Shown here in pieces: positions 8,357 through 19,352 of a stretch of 64,000 nt of DNA. This DNA comes from a virus (Duplodnaviria > Caudoviricetes): IMG/VR virus record IMGVR_UViG_3300020463_000001, positions 128,001-192,000 of that record. One strand, given 5' to 3'. Under the pieces are notes generated by a model. The model saw only the letters and a list, made by a program, of their open reading frames with translations. It did not search any database and was not told the origin of the DNA. Each line of letters begins with the position of its first letter. Position 1 is the stretch's first letter. Position numbers and translations under genes: made by a program.

Positions 8357-10633
8357 ATGCCTAATTCCAATCTAGTCAACGCAAAGAATAATATGAAAAC
8401 TAGAATCAGAAATCGTGTTTCTGGTTCTAATCCAAGAGATTTAGGAAGACTTGCAAAATCTGCAAGATTTGTCGGTCTTACCGATGATTCAGAAGTTGAA
8501 ACTGATATCGATACCGAAATGGCTGCAGTAATTCCTAGTGCATCAGTAGATGACCTAGTAGAAATGTCCGAAGGTCTTAAAGAATTAAGAACTGGTGCTG
8601 CGGATATGGGAACAGTTGCAAACGCAGATAGTCTCACAGAAGGCGGAAATAAGTTTCTAAACGCCGAAAGTGTTCAACCATCAATAAGTGTCTCTGGAGA
8701 TTTATCATACAACGGCGGTGTTGTTTCTTACACCGCTCCCACTGCTTCCGCACTACAAGTTGTTGCAACAGTCGGTGATTTGCCCGCTGGTGCTTCGGCC
8801 GGAGATCAAGCAGTTGTTCAATCAAATAATAAGTTATACATCAAAACTGCAGACGGTTGGTATGCAGTAGCATTAATTAACACTGCTCCAAGTATATCTG
8901 GGAACAGTGCTACATACGAGCTCGCCACTGACATGACTCCAACAGTTATCACATTAACTGCAACAGATCCAGAAAATGATCCAGTAACATTTTCATATGC
9001 AGTCACTTCTGGAGATCTCAATGGAACTACAGTACAACAGGCAGATAATGTATTCACTGTAAGTCCACACGGATTAAATGATGCTACTTTCGAATTAACA
9101 TTCTCCGCAAATGATACGGTGAATGTTGCAACATCAGTTTCTAGTTTTAGTTTGACTCATGGAATTGATTGGAGTAATCCAACTCAAATAGCTGTTCGAG
9201 GTTGGTGGGGAGTTAACATATACGAATCGCATGGTCTTAATGTATCCAGTAATCAAAATCAGTGGCCAGGCGGTTCAGAACAGACAGCAGTAGCGTCATA
9301 TTTTAAAAATGGAAAAAGTTGGGTTGTTGCTGGAGATTCTAAGGTAACAGATGGAAGTACTGATGGTTTAATTTATGGTCTCGCCCTACACCCCGCAGCA
9401 GGACTACAAGAAGAATATGGAGGTGATTGGGAAAATGCTCATTGGAGTTATCAGAATCCAAATCCATATTCTGCTTCATATGGCCAACCCGACTATTATG
9501 GTCAAAAGGTAGATGTATCACCAAATGCAACTTGGGTAATTACCGGAGCAGAAAATGAAAATCCTCCGCAAGATTTTGGTAGACAAGCTGCTGGAATGGC
9601 ATATCTATACAATTTAGATACAGATTCTTACGTTACAATAAATGACCCCAATATATCTCATATGGGGAATTGGGGAGAAGCAGTTGCGGTCAACGATACT
9701 CATTGTGCGGTTGGTAAAACAGATTATGATTCTAAATCTGGAAAAGTTGGTATTTTTGAAAATGCAACTGGAAATCTTGTAACTTGGGTATATCATACAG
9801 GAACTCATTATCAAGACACAAGATGGCCGACTGATTCTTGGCACACAACAGAAGCCAACGGTTACTTTGGATCACATATAGTAATGAATAATGAATATAT
9901 GTGTGTTTCTGCTTCAAACGAACAGCCCGCCAACGGCCATAACCAAATTGGTGCTGTGTATGTTTATGATATGACAAATCCTGCTAGTCCTGCATTTTTG
10001 TACAAATTAGAAAATCCGGATTATAGTGGTGCAAATGTTCCTACTTCAGTAATTGGTAATTCTCCATATCAAATGAATCACAGAGTACATTTTGGAGGTG
10101 ATTCGACAAATCCGATGAGAGCATCTAGTATCCAAATTTCTGGAACTAAACTTGCTGTCGGTGCGCCAGGAAACTATACTGCAGATTCTCTTTCTGGGAC
10201 TGGAGGAAGTCAAAACCAAGGATGGGGTGGAAGTTCATTTAATGTATCAGAAGAAGAGTATCAAAGAGGCGGAAAGATATTCGTATTTGATTTAACAACA
10301 GGAAATCTTATAACAGATATAGAACATCCAAACAATCAATCATATGGAAACAGAAACTCTACCTCATTTGGAGCTGGATTCTTAGGAAAGAATTTTGCAT
10401 TTAATGGAGATGTGGTTGTTGCTGGTAGAGGAAATACAAAAGACATCGATATTTATAGTGCGACAGATGGAAGTATAATCAGTACTTTGGTCGATGCAAT
10501 GCCCTTCACTTCGCAGATGGGTTATAGACCTCCTGCAGTTGCCATACAGGATGAATATATTGTAGTCTTTTACAAAGATGGAACAGACTACTATTCTGGG
10601 GGTCGGCCGACCATCAAGGTCTATAAAGCTTAA
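8357..10633 (+). CDS. virion structural protein: helical N-domain, Ig/cadherin-like domain, FG-GAP-like beta-propeller (paralog 1)
   Basis: Start moved to ATG 8357 (GGAG RBS; track start 8276 lies inside the terminator). Repeats YYGQKVDVS, WGEAVAVN, YFGSHIVMN, FLGKNFAFNG. Confidence 0.7.
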   Translation: MPNSNLVNAKNNMKTRIRNRVSGSNPRDLGRLAKSARFVGLTDDSEVETDIDTEMAAVIPSASVDDLVEMSEGLKELRTGAADMGTVANADSLTEGGNKFLNAESVQPSISVSGDLSYNGGVVSYTAPTASALQVVATVGDLPAGASAGDQAVVQSNNKLYIKTADGWYAVALINTAPSISGNSATYELATDMTPTVITLTATDPENDPVTFSYAVTSGDLNGTTVQQADNVFTVSPHGLNDATFELTFSANDTVNVATSVSSFSLTHGIDWSNPTQIAVRGWWGVNIYESHGLNVSSNQNQWPGGSEQTAVASYFKNGKSWVVAGDSKVTDGSTDGLIYGLALHPAAGLQEEYGGDWENAHWSYQNPNPYSASYGQPDYYGQKVDVSPNATWVITGAENENPPQDFGRQAAGMAYLYNLDTDSYVTINDPNISHMGNWGEAVAVNDTHCAVGKTDYDSKSGKVGIFENATGNLVTWVYHTGTHYQDTRWPTDSWHTTEANGYFGSHIVMNNEYMCVSASNEQPANGHNQIGAVYVYDMTNPASPAFLYKLENPDYSGANVPTSVIGNSPYQMNHRVHFGGDSTNPMRASSIQISGTKLAVGAPGNYTADSLSGTGGSQNQGWGGSSFNVSEEEYQRGGKIFVFDLTTGNLITDIEHPNNQSYGNRNSTSFGAGFLGKNFAFNGDVVVAGRGNTKDIDIYSATDGSIISTLVDAMPFTSQMGYRPPAVAIQDEYIVVFYKDGTDYYSGGRPTIKVYKA

Positions 10634-10651
10634 TTTAAATAGGAAAAACAA

Positions 10652-13534
10652 ATGTCAGATACAAATTTAGATCCTTCAATAACCGCCCTCACTAATAGGG
10701 CATCTACAGTTGCTGTCACTGCGACTGCAAGAGAGTTAATGAATCTTTCAAGGCTTGCTCCTAGTTTGGAACAGTCAGAGAACACAGATTTAGAAGTTGC
10801 AATCAACGCAAGGGCAGAAGATCTGGCTCCATCCGCGACTGCAACAGAACTCAAGAGTATTGGTAAGGCAATCGGTAATGTTCTAGAACCAGAAACATTT
10901 GTCGCTGGTGGGACACTTCCAAATCAAGCACAAAACTCTGGTAACTTCCTTGCAACAAATGGAACTGCAGAATCTTGGGGTGGACTTTCAGTCTCTACTC
11001 TTAGTGAAGTCAATATATCTTCTATCATGAATGACGAGACTTTAGTTTACAATCATGTCAATGGTCTCTTTGAAAATAACTCACAGGTTTTCAGAATCCA
11101 AGAAATCGGTTTAACAGAAAATATCCCTGCTTCTGGAGCATTTGAAGGACAGGTTGTTTTTGATCAACAAACATCAGAACTCAAATACTGGGACGGATCC
11201 GAATGGAAAGTTGCAGCGGTTGTTGCAGCTGCCGGTGGTGGTGGAACTTCTACGGTAGATTGGACAGGATCACAAACCACTCTTGCCACATTACCTCGCG
11301 GATCTGGTACAACTAGATTCGGAAGAATGGTTGTAATGAATAGTACTTATGTCGCGGTATCGGATTATGAATTCGATCAGGGCGGATATACAGACAACGG
11401 AAAGGTCACAGTATATCTAGTCGCAGATGGTTCTGAAGTATGGACTGTTTATGGGACGGAATCACATAATTATCATGGATACACTAATAACGGCGAGAAG
11501 GGGATGTTCATGTCCGAAAATCTTCTTGTTATCAATGATGGAGCTACTCGGTCATATGGAGACACTGGAGCAAGAGTTAGACTTTATGATGTGACCAATG
11601 GAAATTTATTAGGAACATTTGATGTTAGTGGTGATACGAATATAAGCGTAAATGCTAGCAATCACTATGGGCGTTCTGTTGCCATCAATGACGATGAAAC
11701 TAAACTTGCAATTGGGTCTCCCGAAGCTTCGCCATCGACAGGAGGGAAGTGGGGGAGATTTTCTGTATATGATATATCCGATTTAAATAACTTGTCAAAC
11801 ACACCCATTCATTCTGTTGGTGGAGAAGATTTACCAGCTAGTGATACTTACTCATTATTTGGATTTGATTTAGATTTTTCTGGAGTCAATACTTTGGTTG
11901 TAAGTGCTCCAGATTGGAAAGATGGTGGAGTTAAAACAGGTAGAACTTTTATATTTGATCTGACTGCAGCAGGAAATGGATTACAACAAAGTCTTCCCGG
12001 CAAAGCAGTTAGAGTTATTGCTTCCGGAGGAGAATATTCTGGTGGAAATTTAGTTGTTGTTGCTTCAGACTGGCAAGCAGATCCTACAGAAAACGGATTA
12101 GTTAAAATTTGGGATTCAAATAGTTTCGGAACTGCAACACCAACTGCGACTATAAATTATCCCGATGGGGGAGCAAACGCGAGATTTGGTCATTCAACTG
12201 CCTTTGATGGGAACTACATATTGGTTGCTGGTCTTTATGCAAATACTGATACAACAGGCGGTGGTCAGATTTATGTTTATAACTTAGATGGAACTTCTGT
12301 TAGTCAGATATCAAGCCCAAATCCTACTACATGGGGTTCATTCGGATTCTGTGTTGCAGTAGATGCTTCTGGAAGCGGAAAGTGGGCAGTGGGTGCTACT
12401 GGGGAAGCAAAGGTTTATGTATTCCAACAGGCGATGTCTGGAGGCGGTTCTGGTTCATCTTACACTGTAGTAGACTGGACTGCAGCAGACTCAACACTAA
12501 CCACAATATGGGGGTCTAGAATCGGTCACACTCTAACTTCTACTCAATTATCAGATGGTAGAAATGTAGTAATCGCGGCCGTCAATAGCGGTCATTTCTA
12601 CGCATATGATTTGGCAGATAACTCTCTGATATGGACTGTATCAACGTCGGGTCATGTCCCAGATGATAATGGAGCAATGGCTTCTTCCGGAGATTATTTT
12701 GCTGCTGTCGAAGGAGGGAGCGTTAGAGTTCGTTCAGCGCTTGACGGAAGTGCTGTTGACGGCGGGTCAGTTGAAAATGGAGTTGAAAGTATCCCAGGCT
12801 GGGGAATCTTCCAAGTCGAGAGTATTAGTATGCATGGAAATTATATCTTCTTACCCAGAACAGCGTATAACGAGTATGCCATGGTCAAATGGGATACAAG
12901 GGAGATAGTCTGGCAATATAACTCAAATAATCATCCTTGGAACATAGTTAATTCAAATCCAAATGCTGGTATCGCGGCTTATAACCACGACATGGGAGAA
13001 AATTATCTTGCAGTTCAAGATATGTATAGTCATTCCGGAGCATATCAAGCTGGATGTGTATATGTGGTAGATGTTCTTACTGGCCAAGAAATTTCTAGAC
13101 TTGACGATCCAAATCCTAGAGTTAATGGTAGATTTGGTGGTATTGGTGGGAGAGAAAATGGAATTGCAGTTTCTGGAGACAAGGCTATTATTGGTGATCC
13201 CGAAGACGGTCATGGTAAAGTCCACATTTTCGATATGCCCACAGGAACATTAGAATTCACAATAGATGAAAACACTGCTGGTGGGTCAGGCATAACCACT
13301 TATGCGCGACAGAGCATTGCTGGATACAATTTTGGTCAGGAAATCGAAGCATACGGAGACTACGCATTAATTTCTCACAATTGGGACTCTTTCATAGTTC
13401 AGATATCTACGGGCGAAATTAAACATGAAACTGACCTTCTTAATATTGACAGAGTAACTATAGTAGAGAACTATGCGATTGGCGGAGATTTGAATACACA
13501 AAATCTAAGAATCATAAAAGGAATAATTTCTTAA
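10652..13534 (+). CDS. virion structural protein with tandem beta-propellers (paralog 2)
   Basis: Shared N-domain; repeats RFGRMVVMN, YGRSVAIN, LFGFDLDFS, RFGHSTAFDG, SFGFCVAVD. Confidence 0.7.
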   Translation: MSDTNLDPSITALTNRASTVAVTATARELMNLSRLAPSLEQSENTDLEVAINARAEDLAPSATATELKSIGKAIGNVLEPETFVAGGTLPNQAQNSGNFLATNGTAESWGGLSVSTLSEVNISSIMNDETLVYNHVNGLFENNSQVFRIQEIGLTENIPASGAFEGQVVFDQQTSELKYWDGSEWKVAAVVAAAGGGGTSTVDWTGSQTTLATLPRGSGTTRFGRMVVMNSTYVAVSDYEFDQGGYTDNGKVTVYLVADGSEVWTVYGTESHNYHGYTNNGEKGMFMSENLLVINDGATRSYGDTGARVRLYDVTNGNLLGTFDVSGDTNISVNASNHYGRSVAINDDETKLAIGSPEASPSTGGKWGRFSVYDISDLNNLSNTPIHSVGGEDLPASDTYSLFGFDLDFSGVNTLVVSAPDWKDGGVKTGRTFIFDLTAAGNGLQQSLPGKAVRVIASGGEYSGGNLVVVASDWQADPTENGLVKIWDSNSFGTATPTATINYPDGGANARFGHSTAFDGNYILVAGLYANTDTTGGGQIYVYNLDGTSVSQISSPNPTTWGSFGFCVAVDASGSGKWAVGATGEAKVYVFQQAMSGGGSGSSYTVVDWTAADSTLTTIWGSRIGHTLTSTQLSDGRNVVIAAVNSGHFYAYDLADNSLIWTVSTSGHVPDDNGAMASSGDYFAAVEGGSVRVRSALDGSAVDGGSVENGVESIPGWGIFQVESISMHGNYIFLPRTAYNEYAMVKWDTREIVWQYNSNNHPWNIVNSNPNAGIAAYNHDMGENYLAVQDMYSHSGAYQAGCVYVVDVLTGQEISRLDDPNPRVNGRFGGIGGRENGIAVSGDKAIIGDPEDGHGKVHIFDMPTGTLEFTIDENTAGGSGITTYARQSIAGYNFGQEIEAYGDYALISHNWDSFIVQISTGEIKHETDLLNIDRVTIVENYAIGGDLNTQNLRIIKGIIS

Positions 13535-13551
13535 TTTAAAGGAAAATTAAA

Positions 13552-15753
13552 ATGGCAAATACATTTACTTCGAGAGATACTCTCAAAACAAAACTCTTGG
13601 CCGCAGTAGGTTCTGCGACTACTGCAGATCAGATTGTAAAGTTGTCTCGTTCAATTGAGAGAGCAAATCTGGACGATGATGCAGATCTAGAGACTGCACT
13701 AGATACAAAAGTATCTGCAATGGCGACTAGTGCGTCCACTGCAGATATTGAGAAACTTGCATTTGGTGTCAAGAAACTCAGAACTCCGCCGGGCGCTGCA
13801 ACTCCGACATCTAGTATGATTGCGGAAGGTTCTAGTAATCTCTATGTAACTGACTCTAGAGTTAGAAGTTCATTCAGTGCATCTGGAGACTTATCATATA
13901 ATGCAGGAACTGGTGTTCTATCTTACACTGCACTACCAGACGCATTAACAGTTTACGCAACAGTCGCAGATTTGCCTGCAAGTGGAGTTGCAGCTGGTGC
14001 AAAGGGTATCGTAGAAGAGAATAAGAAACTCTACATCTTCACAGGTGCATCATGGGTTGGTGTAGGATTGGTTGATCAGAAACCAAACTTCACAACAACT
14101 CCAGATGGTTCTTATGCATTATCACCTGGCGCTGATACGGTGATCACTCTTGCTGCAACAGATCCACAAGGAGACGCAATCACATATAGTTATCAAGTAA
14201 CTGCAGGGGCCTTGGGTGGAACTACAGTATCACAGACAGATAATGTCTTCACAATTTCCGCAAGTTCTAATAGTGCGGATGCTGGTTCTTTCTCATTGTC
14301 ATTTACTGCATCAGACGGAACTAACTTAACAACCACAACTCCTTCAGAGTTTACTCTCGTGTTTGGTTTTAATTGGGACAGTATTGACATTTATACTCCA
14401 TATTCCAAAGACGAAAACAACAGTTTTGGTAGATGGATGGACACATCTGGTCAATTTTTCACAACCTCCAAGCCAGGTTATTTCGATATAGGAATGATAG
14501 ACATACAAGATAGTTCGTCCGGCACCAATCCTTTAGGACAACAAATAGATTATATTATTCCGACTTGGATATCTAGTAGTGTCGGTCAGGGGCCCGCGTC
14601 AAATAACGGTCATGGTTTGAGTTGGTTGACCGGAACATACACTCCACAAAACGCAGGAACAAGACTATGCCTAGATGGAAATCTGGTTGCATTCCAATCT
14701 CACAGTAATAATGGTGATGTACAGGTTTGGAAAGTAAATACAGACGGAACTCAAACATATGGCCAGCCAGTTGCTAAATTTATGTTCACTCCAAGAGATT
14801 CATATCTTGATCAACGAATACAAGATTATTGTTATTTTAATGGGTTCTCTGCGTTTGGTCAATCAATTGCAATGGGCGGCGGTTACTTGGCAGTCGGTGA
14901 TTACAGAGCGAAAATGAACCGGCTCGATTCTCCATATGACGGAGATGGAAATGCACTAGAAAATTCTGGAAAGGTTTTTGTATATGACCTTAGTCAATCG
15001 GACGAGGCAGCTGCATTTGCTAATGGATATGTTTTAGAAAGACCATTCACTCCATACAACGGAACCCCAGGCCAACCAGTTGGCGGATCAGGAACTCCAA
15101 GAGTTACCATAAGGTTTGGTAGTTCGATAGCGATAGCCGGAGACGCTGGACTTCTCGCTGTTGCCGCGGCAGGATATTCATATTCAAGCAATGAAAGGGT
15201 GAGTGGGGCAGTTTTCATCTACAACCTTGCGGATGGGTCTTTTGTACGAGAAATTGATGTATCTTCGCAGAGTGCAGATGGATTAGGAGACCAAGGCGAT
15301 GCAACCAGTGCGCCCGGAGCTTATCACGACCAACTGCGAATTACTCCAGACGGTTCTAGGTTGGTTATAGGAGATCAAAATACTAGACGATCAGGGTATA
15401 CTCAAAGAGGAGCAGTCTCCGTATATGATGTAAGTACTGGAGCTCACATAATTACTTGGAGATCTTCCGATCAGAGTGTCGGAGAAGTTAATACCAAATG
15501 GGGTAGTACGGTTGATATAACTCCCGATGGAAATTATGTATTATTTGGTGCTCAAGATTCATTCAGTGGAGATGTGGGAAGATGTTTTATGGTCAAGGTG
15601 GATGGAACTACATTTGACAATAATCTGCTGTGGTGGGATATTGATGGTAGGACTACTTCATTCAGTGGATTTGGAACCAGTGTCAGATTTGGAGATGATC
15701 AAATCTATATTGGTGTTGAAGTACAGGATGCTGTTGTTACATATAAAGCATAA
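13552..15753 (+). CDS. virion structural protein: N-domain, Ig-like domain, beta-propeller (paralog 3)
   Basis: Shares SGDLSYN...TVITLxATDP...GTTVxQxDNVFT with paralog 1; repeats AFGQSIAMG, RFGSSIAIAG, WGSTVDIT, GFGTSVRFG. Confidence 0.7.
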   Translation: MANTFTSRDTLKTKLLAAVGSATTADQIVKLSRSIERANLDDDADLETALDTKVSAMATSASTADIEKLAFGVKKLRTPPGAATPTSSMIAEGSSNLYVTDSRVRSSFSASGDLSYNAGTGVLSYTALPDALTVYATVADLPASGVAAGAKGIVEENKKLYIFTGASWVGVGLVDQKPNFTTTPDGSYALSPGADTVITLAATDPQGDAITYSYQVTAGALGGTTVSQTDNVFTISASSNSADAGSFSLSFTASDGTNLTTTTPSEFTLVFGFNWDSIDIYTPYSKDENNSFGRWMDTSGQFFTTSKPGYFDIGMIDIQDSSSGTNPLGQQIDYIIPTWISSSVGQGPASNNGHGLSWLTGTYTPQNAGTRLCLDGNLVAFQSHSNNGDVQVWKVNTDGTQTYGQPVAKFMFTPRDSYLDQRIQDYCYFNGFSAFGQSIAMGGGYLAVGDYRAKMNRLDSPYDGDGNALENSGKVFVYDLSQSDEAAAFANGYVLERPFTPYNGTPGQPVGGSGTPRVTIRFGSSIAIAGDAGLLAVAAAGYSYSSNERVSGAVFIYNLADGSFVREIDVSSQSADGLGDQGDATSAPGAYHDQLRITPDGSRLVIGDQNTRRSGYTQRGAVSVYDVSTGAHIITWRSSDQSVGEVNTKWGSTVDITPDGNYVLFGAQDSFSGDVGRCFMVKVDGTTFDNNLLWWDIDGRTTSFSGFGTSVRFGDDQIYIGVEVQDAVVTYKA

Positions 15754-15774
15754 TAATATACCTTATGACTTTAG

Positions 15775-15802
15775 AGGGACTCTTCGGAGTCCCTTTTTTT
15801 TT
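15775..15802 (+). terminator. rho-independent terminator with C(UUCG)G tetraloop
   Basis: AGGGACTC-TTCG-GAGTCCCT followed by a T-run. Confidence 0.92.
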
Positions 15803-15804
15803 GA

Positions 15805-15812
15805 TATAAATA
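15805..15812 (+). promoter_or_regulatory. T4-type late promoter
   Basis: TATAAATA before gp3. Confidence 0.85.
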
Positions 15813-15834
15813 ATAGTGTTACGGAGTATCTATT

Positions 15835-16356
15835 GTGGCGTTAAATGTCGATTTTGAAAATCCAAATTATCTGAGTAATCAGTCTTTCCAATTAAGTATT
15901 CTTAAGTGTCCTTCACTGAGTCCGTTTGTACAGGGTGTCAGTTTGCCTGGCCTCACATTCGGAGAAGCACTTCTTGGAACACCATTTGCGGATAGAAAGG
16001 AACCGGGCGATAAAATAATATTCTCAGTTCTTTCTGTAAGTTTTCTAGTCGATGAAGAAATGAAAACTTGGATGGAAATTTATGAATGGATCCGTGGTCT
16101 TGGATTCCCAGAAAGCTTTGATCAGTATCGAAGTTTTGCACAGGGAAGAAAACTTATCGGAACAGATGTTTATTCCGATGGATCTTTGATGATATATAAC
16201 AATCAGGGTGCTCCAATATATGAAGCAGTATTCAGAGATTTATTTCCAATTGCGTTAGGTGATATACCTCTATCATCCTTAGAAACTGGAGACGAACCTA
16301 CTGCGGCAACTGCAGATTTCCAATATACAACATATGAAATTAGAAAAATAGAATAA
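15835..16356 (+). CDS. gp3: tail completion / tube terminator protein
   Basis: NPNYLSNQSFQL, VSLPGLTFG, FLVDEEMKTWMEIYEWIRG, FRDLFPIALG; gp3-uvsY-uvsW synteny. Confidence 0.88.
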   Translation: MALNVDFENPNYLSNQSFQLSILKCPSLSPFVQGVSLPGLTFGEALLGTPFADRKEPGDKIIFSVLSVSFLVDEEMKTWMEIYEWIRGLGFPESFDQYRSFAQGRKLIGTDVYSDGSLMIYNNQGAPIYEAVFRDLFPIALGDIPLSSLETGDEPTAATADFQYTTYEIRKIE

Positions 16357-16359
16357 AAT

Positions 16360-16794
16360 ATGAAACTAAGTGAACTCAAGGAAGAGGCTTCTCAAGACCT
16401 CCAAATTGACAGAACTGATATTGAAACCTCTATTCTCAATCTTTCCATGTTATGTTCTAAGTGGCATAACTATCGTATTGAACAGGCTTCTATTGTCAGT
16501 TTGAATCAATTCAAATATAAAAAACTCGAAGCAAAGAAAAAGAAATACTATCTAGGCAAACTTACAGAAGATGAGATGGATCGTCTTGGGTGGGAATCTG
16601 ATGGATATAAAGTTCTTAAAGGTGATGTACAAATGTGGTTAGATGACGATGATGATCTTATCACAGAGGCACAGAAACTCACCTACCAAAAAGAAATATT
16701 ACACTTCATAGAGAAACAGATGGATCTTCTTGATAGCAATAAATGGTTGATCAAGGATCTCATTAACGTGCGGAAATTTCTAGAGGGCGGTTAA
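16360..16794 (+). CDS. uvsY: recombination mediator UvsY
   Basis: Helical protein, KKKYYLGK...LKGDVQMWLDDD; precedes uvsW. Confidence 0.85.
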   Translation: MKLSELKEEASQDLQIDRTDIETSILNLSMLCSKWHNYRIEQASIVSLNQFKYKKLEAKKKKYYLGKLTEDEMDRLGWESDGYKVLKGDVQMWLDDDDDLITEAQKLTYQKEILHFIEKQMDLLDSNKWLIKDLINVRKFLEGG

Positions 16795-18281
16795 TGCAAT
16801 CGGTTACTGCACAAAAACATAGCGAAGTGCATTACATTCTGGATTCGGATGAACTATTCATTCTGAAAGAATTGGTGGATTACTTTACCTACGAAGTGCC
16901 TGGCGCAAAGTTTATGCCTGCATACAGGAACAAAGTGTGGGACGGAAAGATTCGTTTGTTCAATCCTACCAATAGAAAGATATATGCTGGTCTTATCAAT
17001 CAGGTTCAAAATTTCTGTGAAAGGAATGAATATGAATTTTTCTGCGAAAAACCAGAAAAAAAATTATTCGGAGAAGATAATCTTAAGGAACTTGCAGAGT
17101 ATGTTAAACCTCAATCTAAAGGTCAACCTCTTACCTATAGAGATTATCAACTAGACGCGATACAAACTGCAATCAATAAAGATAGGTGTCTCTTACTATC
17201 ACCTACGGCTTCTGGTAAGTCTCTTATCATATACACTCTGATACGATTTTATCTTTTACATCCGGATCTGTCTGGTAAGAAGATATTAATAATTGTTCCG
17301 ACTACTTCTTTGGTGTCTCAGATGTATGCAGATTTCCAAGATTATGGATTTGATGTTAAGAATAAGTGTCATGTTATCTATCAGGGACAATCCAAGACTA
17401 CGGATAAGAGAGTGGTAATCTCTACATGGCAATCTATCTATAAAGAACGGAAAGATTACTTTGATCAATTTGGTGTAGTTATCGGTGATGAATGTCATTT
17501 ATTTAAGGCTAATTCTCTTACAAAAATTATGGAGAAAATGACTCAATGTAAGTATAGATTTGGAACTACTGGAACATTGGATGGAACTAAGACTCATAAG
17601 TTAGTTCTCACTGGTTTATTTGGAGATGTCAAAAAGGTCACAACTACAAGAAAATTAATTGACAATGAAACTCTTTCTAGTTTTAAGATTCAGTGTCTGG
17701 TTCTCAAATACTCAGAAGAACAATGTAAAGAAATAAAAAAGATGCCATATCAGGATGAGATTGATTGGATAGTGAGAAATGAAAAAAGAAACAACTTCAT
17801 AGTTAATTTGACAAATAGTCTTAAAGGTAATACACTAGTTCTTTTTAATTTTGTAGAAAAACATGGTAAGCCCTTATTTTCTCAGATACAAGAAAGGGTT
17901 GAAGAGGGGAGGCCAGTTTTTTATGTAAGTGGTGAGACTAAAGTAGACAATAGAGAGGATATCAGAACTACCACAGAAGAATCTGAAAATGCAATCATTG
18001 TTGCTTCTTATGGTACATTCTCGACTGGTATTAATATAAAGAATCTTCATAATATTGTGTTTGCTTCTCCCTCCAAAAGTAAGATAAGAAATCTTCAATC
18101 AATCGGAAGGGGATTGAGAAAGGGCGATAGAAAAGAGAATGCAGTACTCTACGATATTGTAGATAATCTCAAGTATAAGTCCTACACGAACTTTGCTTTG
18201 AGGCATTTTTTTGAACGTATAAATATTTACAACGAAGAGAAATTTGATTTTAAAATTAACGAAATAAGAATGTATAAATGA
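16794..18281 (+). CDS. uvsW: SF2 DNA helicase UvsW
   Basis: WDGKIRLF, SPTASGKS, DECH, GTFSTGINI, QSIGRGLR. Confidence 0.97.
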   Translation: MQSVTAQKHSEVHYILDSDELFILKELVDYFTYEVPGAKFMPAYRNKVWDGKIRLFNPTNRKIYAGLINQVQNFCERNEYEFFCEKPEKKLFGEDNLKELAEYVKPQSKGQPLTYRDYQLDAIQTAINKDRCLLLSPTASGKSLIIYTLIRFYLLHPDLSGKKILIIVPTTSLVSQMYADFQDYGFDVKNKCHVIYQGQSKTTDKRVVISTWQSIYKERKDYFDQFGVVIGDECHLFKANSLTKIMEKMTQCKYRFGTTGTLDGTKTHKLVLTGLFGDVKKVTTTRKLIDNETLSSFKIQCLVLKYSEEQCKEIKKMPYQDEIDWIVRNEKRNNFIVNLTNSLKGNTLVLFNFVEKHGKPLFSQIQERVEEGRPVFYVSGETKVDNREDIRTTTEESENAIIVASYGTFSTGINIKNLHNIVFASPSKSKIRNLQSIGRGLRKGDRKENAVLYDIVDNLKYKSYTNFALRHFFERINIYNEEKFDFKINEIRMYK

Positions 18282-18667
18282 ATCATAAAGTAGTCAGGTT
18301 ACAAAACGGAGAAGATTTGCTCACAGAATTGGTAAGTGAGAGTAGAGATTATTATAGGATTAGAAATCCTTGGTTACTCTCTAGAATTCCAACTGGTGTA
18401 AAACCTTCTGAGGCTTACCTTGCTTTTTCTGAGTGGAACCCCTACACAAATGAAAAAGATTTTTCTATTGCTAAAAGGGATGTTCTCATCATCTCATCTT
18501 GTAAGCAGGAAATTATAGATTTTTATGATCAACTGATTGAGTCAAAAAGCGGAGAGACTAACTTCCGAGCATTTGACGAAGTTATGGCAGAAAGAAGAGA
18601 GAAAGTAGAAAATGCCAAAGACTATATGCAAGTTCTAAAAGACTTCGATTCACCAGATAAACATTAG
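18278..18667 (+). CDS. conserved T4-like hypothetical protein (Sm-like fold likely)
   Basis: KVVRLQNGEDLL N-terminal pattern; ATGA-coupled to uvsW. Confidence 0.6.
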   Translation: MNHKVVRLQNGEDLLTELVSESRDYYRIRNPWLLSRIPTGVKPSEAYLAFSEWNPYTNEKDFSIAKRDVLIISSCKQEIIDFYDQLIESKSGETNFRAFDEVMAERREKVENAKDYMQVLKDFDSPDKH

Positions 18668-18746
18668 AATAATCCTTAAATCACAACAGAATTATTATAC
18701 ACACAGAAGCACATTCTGTCAAGTATTAATTTAAAAAAATTAGTGT

Positions 18747-18775
18747 TTGACAAATCCAACCTCATTTGTTACAAT
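18747..18775 (+). promoter_or_regulatory. sigma70-type early/middle promoter
   Basis: TTGACA-N17-TACAAT. Confidence 0.8.
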
Positions 18776-18800
18776 GTATGCAACTTTTAAAGAGGATATA

Positions 18801-19352
18801 ATGGCCGAAAAAAAGAAAAACGCACACTATGTAGATAACAAAAAACTCCTTGCTGCGATGATAGAATTTCGTAATTCTGTTATTGAGGCGAAAGAGAATG
18901 ATAAACCAAGGCCCAGAATTCCTAATTACATTGGAGAATGTATTATGAAGATTTCTGAGCATTTGTCGTATCGTCCTAATTTTATTAACTACACATACAA
19001 AGATGAAATGATTTCCGATGGGATAGAGAATTGTCTCCTATACATAGATAACTTCAATCCAGAGAAATCTAAAAATCCCTTCGCATATTTTACTCAGATA
19101 ATCTACTATGCCTTTATAAGAAGAATGCAGAAAGAGAAGAAACAAACTTATGTTAAGTATAAGTCTCTTGAACGTCATGTCTTGGAAGATGATATACTTG
19201 AGGCCGGTGGAGTGACTAAGAAAAGTTATCTAGAGTTTATGCAGAATAATATGTCTGGATTTATCGAAGATTTTGAGAAATCACAGAAAGTCAAAAAGAC
19301 CAGAGCAAAAGCAAAGAAAAAGGAACAGAATGAAAATAGCCCTCTTGACTGA
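18801..19352 (+). CDS. gp55: late-transcription sigma factor
   Basis: HYVDNKKL, YIGECIMKI, RPNFINY, NFNPEKSKNPFAYFTQI; start moved to ATG 18801 after AGAGGA. Confidence 0.96.
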   Translation: MAEKKKNAHYVDNKKLLAAMIEFRNSVIEAKENDKPRPRIPNYIGECIMKISEHLSYRPNFINYTYKDEMISDGIENCLLYIDNFNPEKSKNPFAYFTQIIYYAFIRRMQKEKKQTYVKYKSLERHVLEDDILEAGGVTKKSYLEFMQNNMSGFIEDFEKSQKVKKTRAKAKKKEQNENSPLD

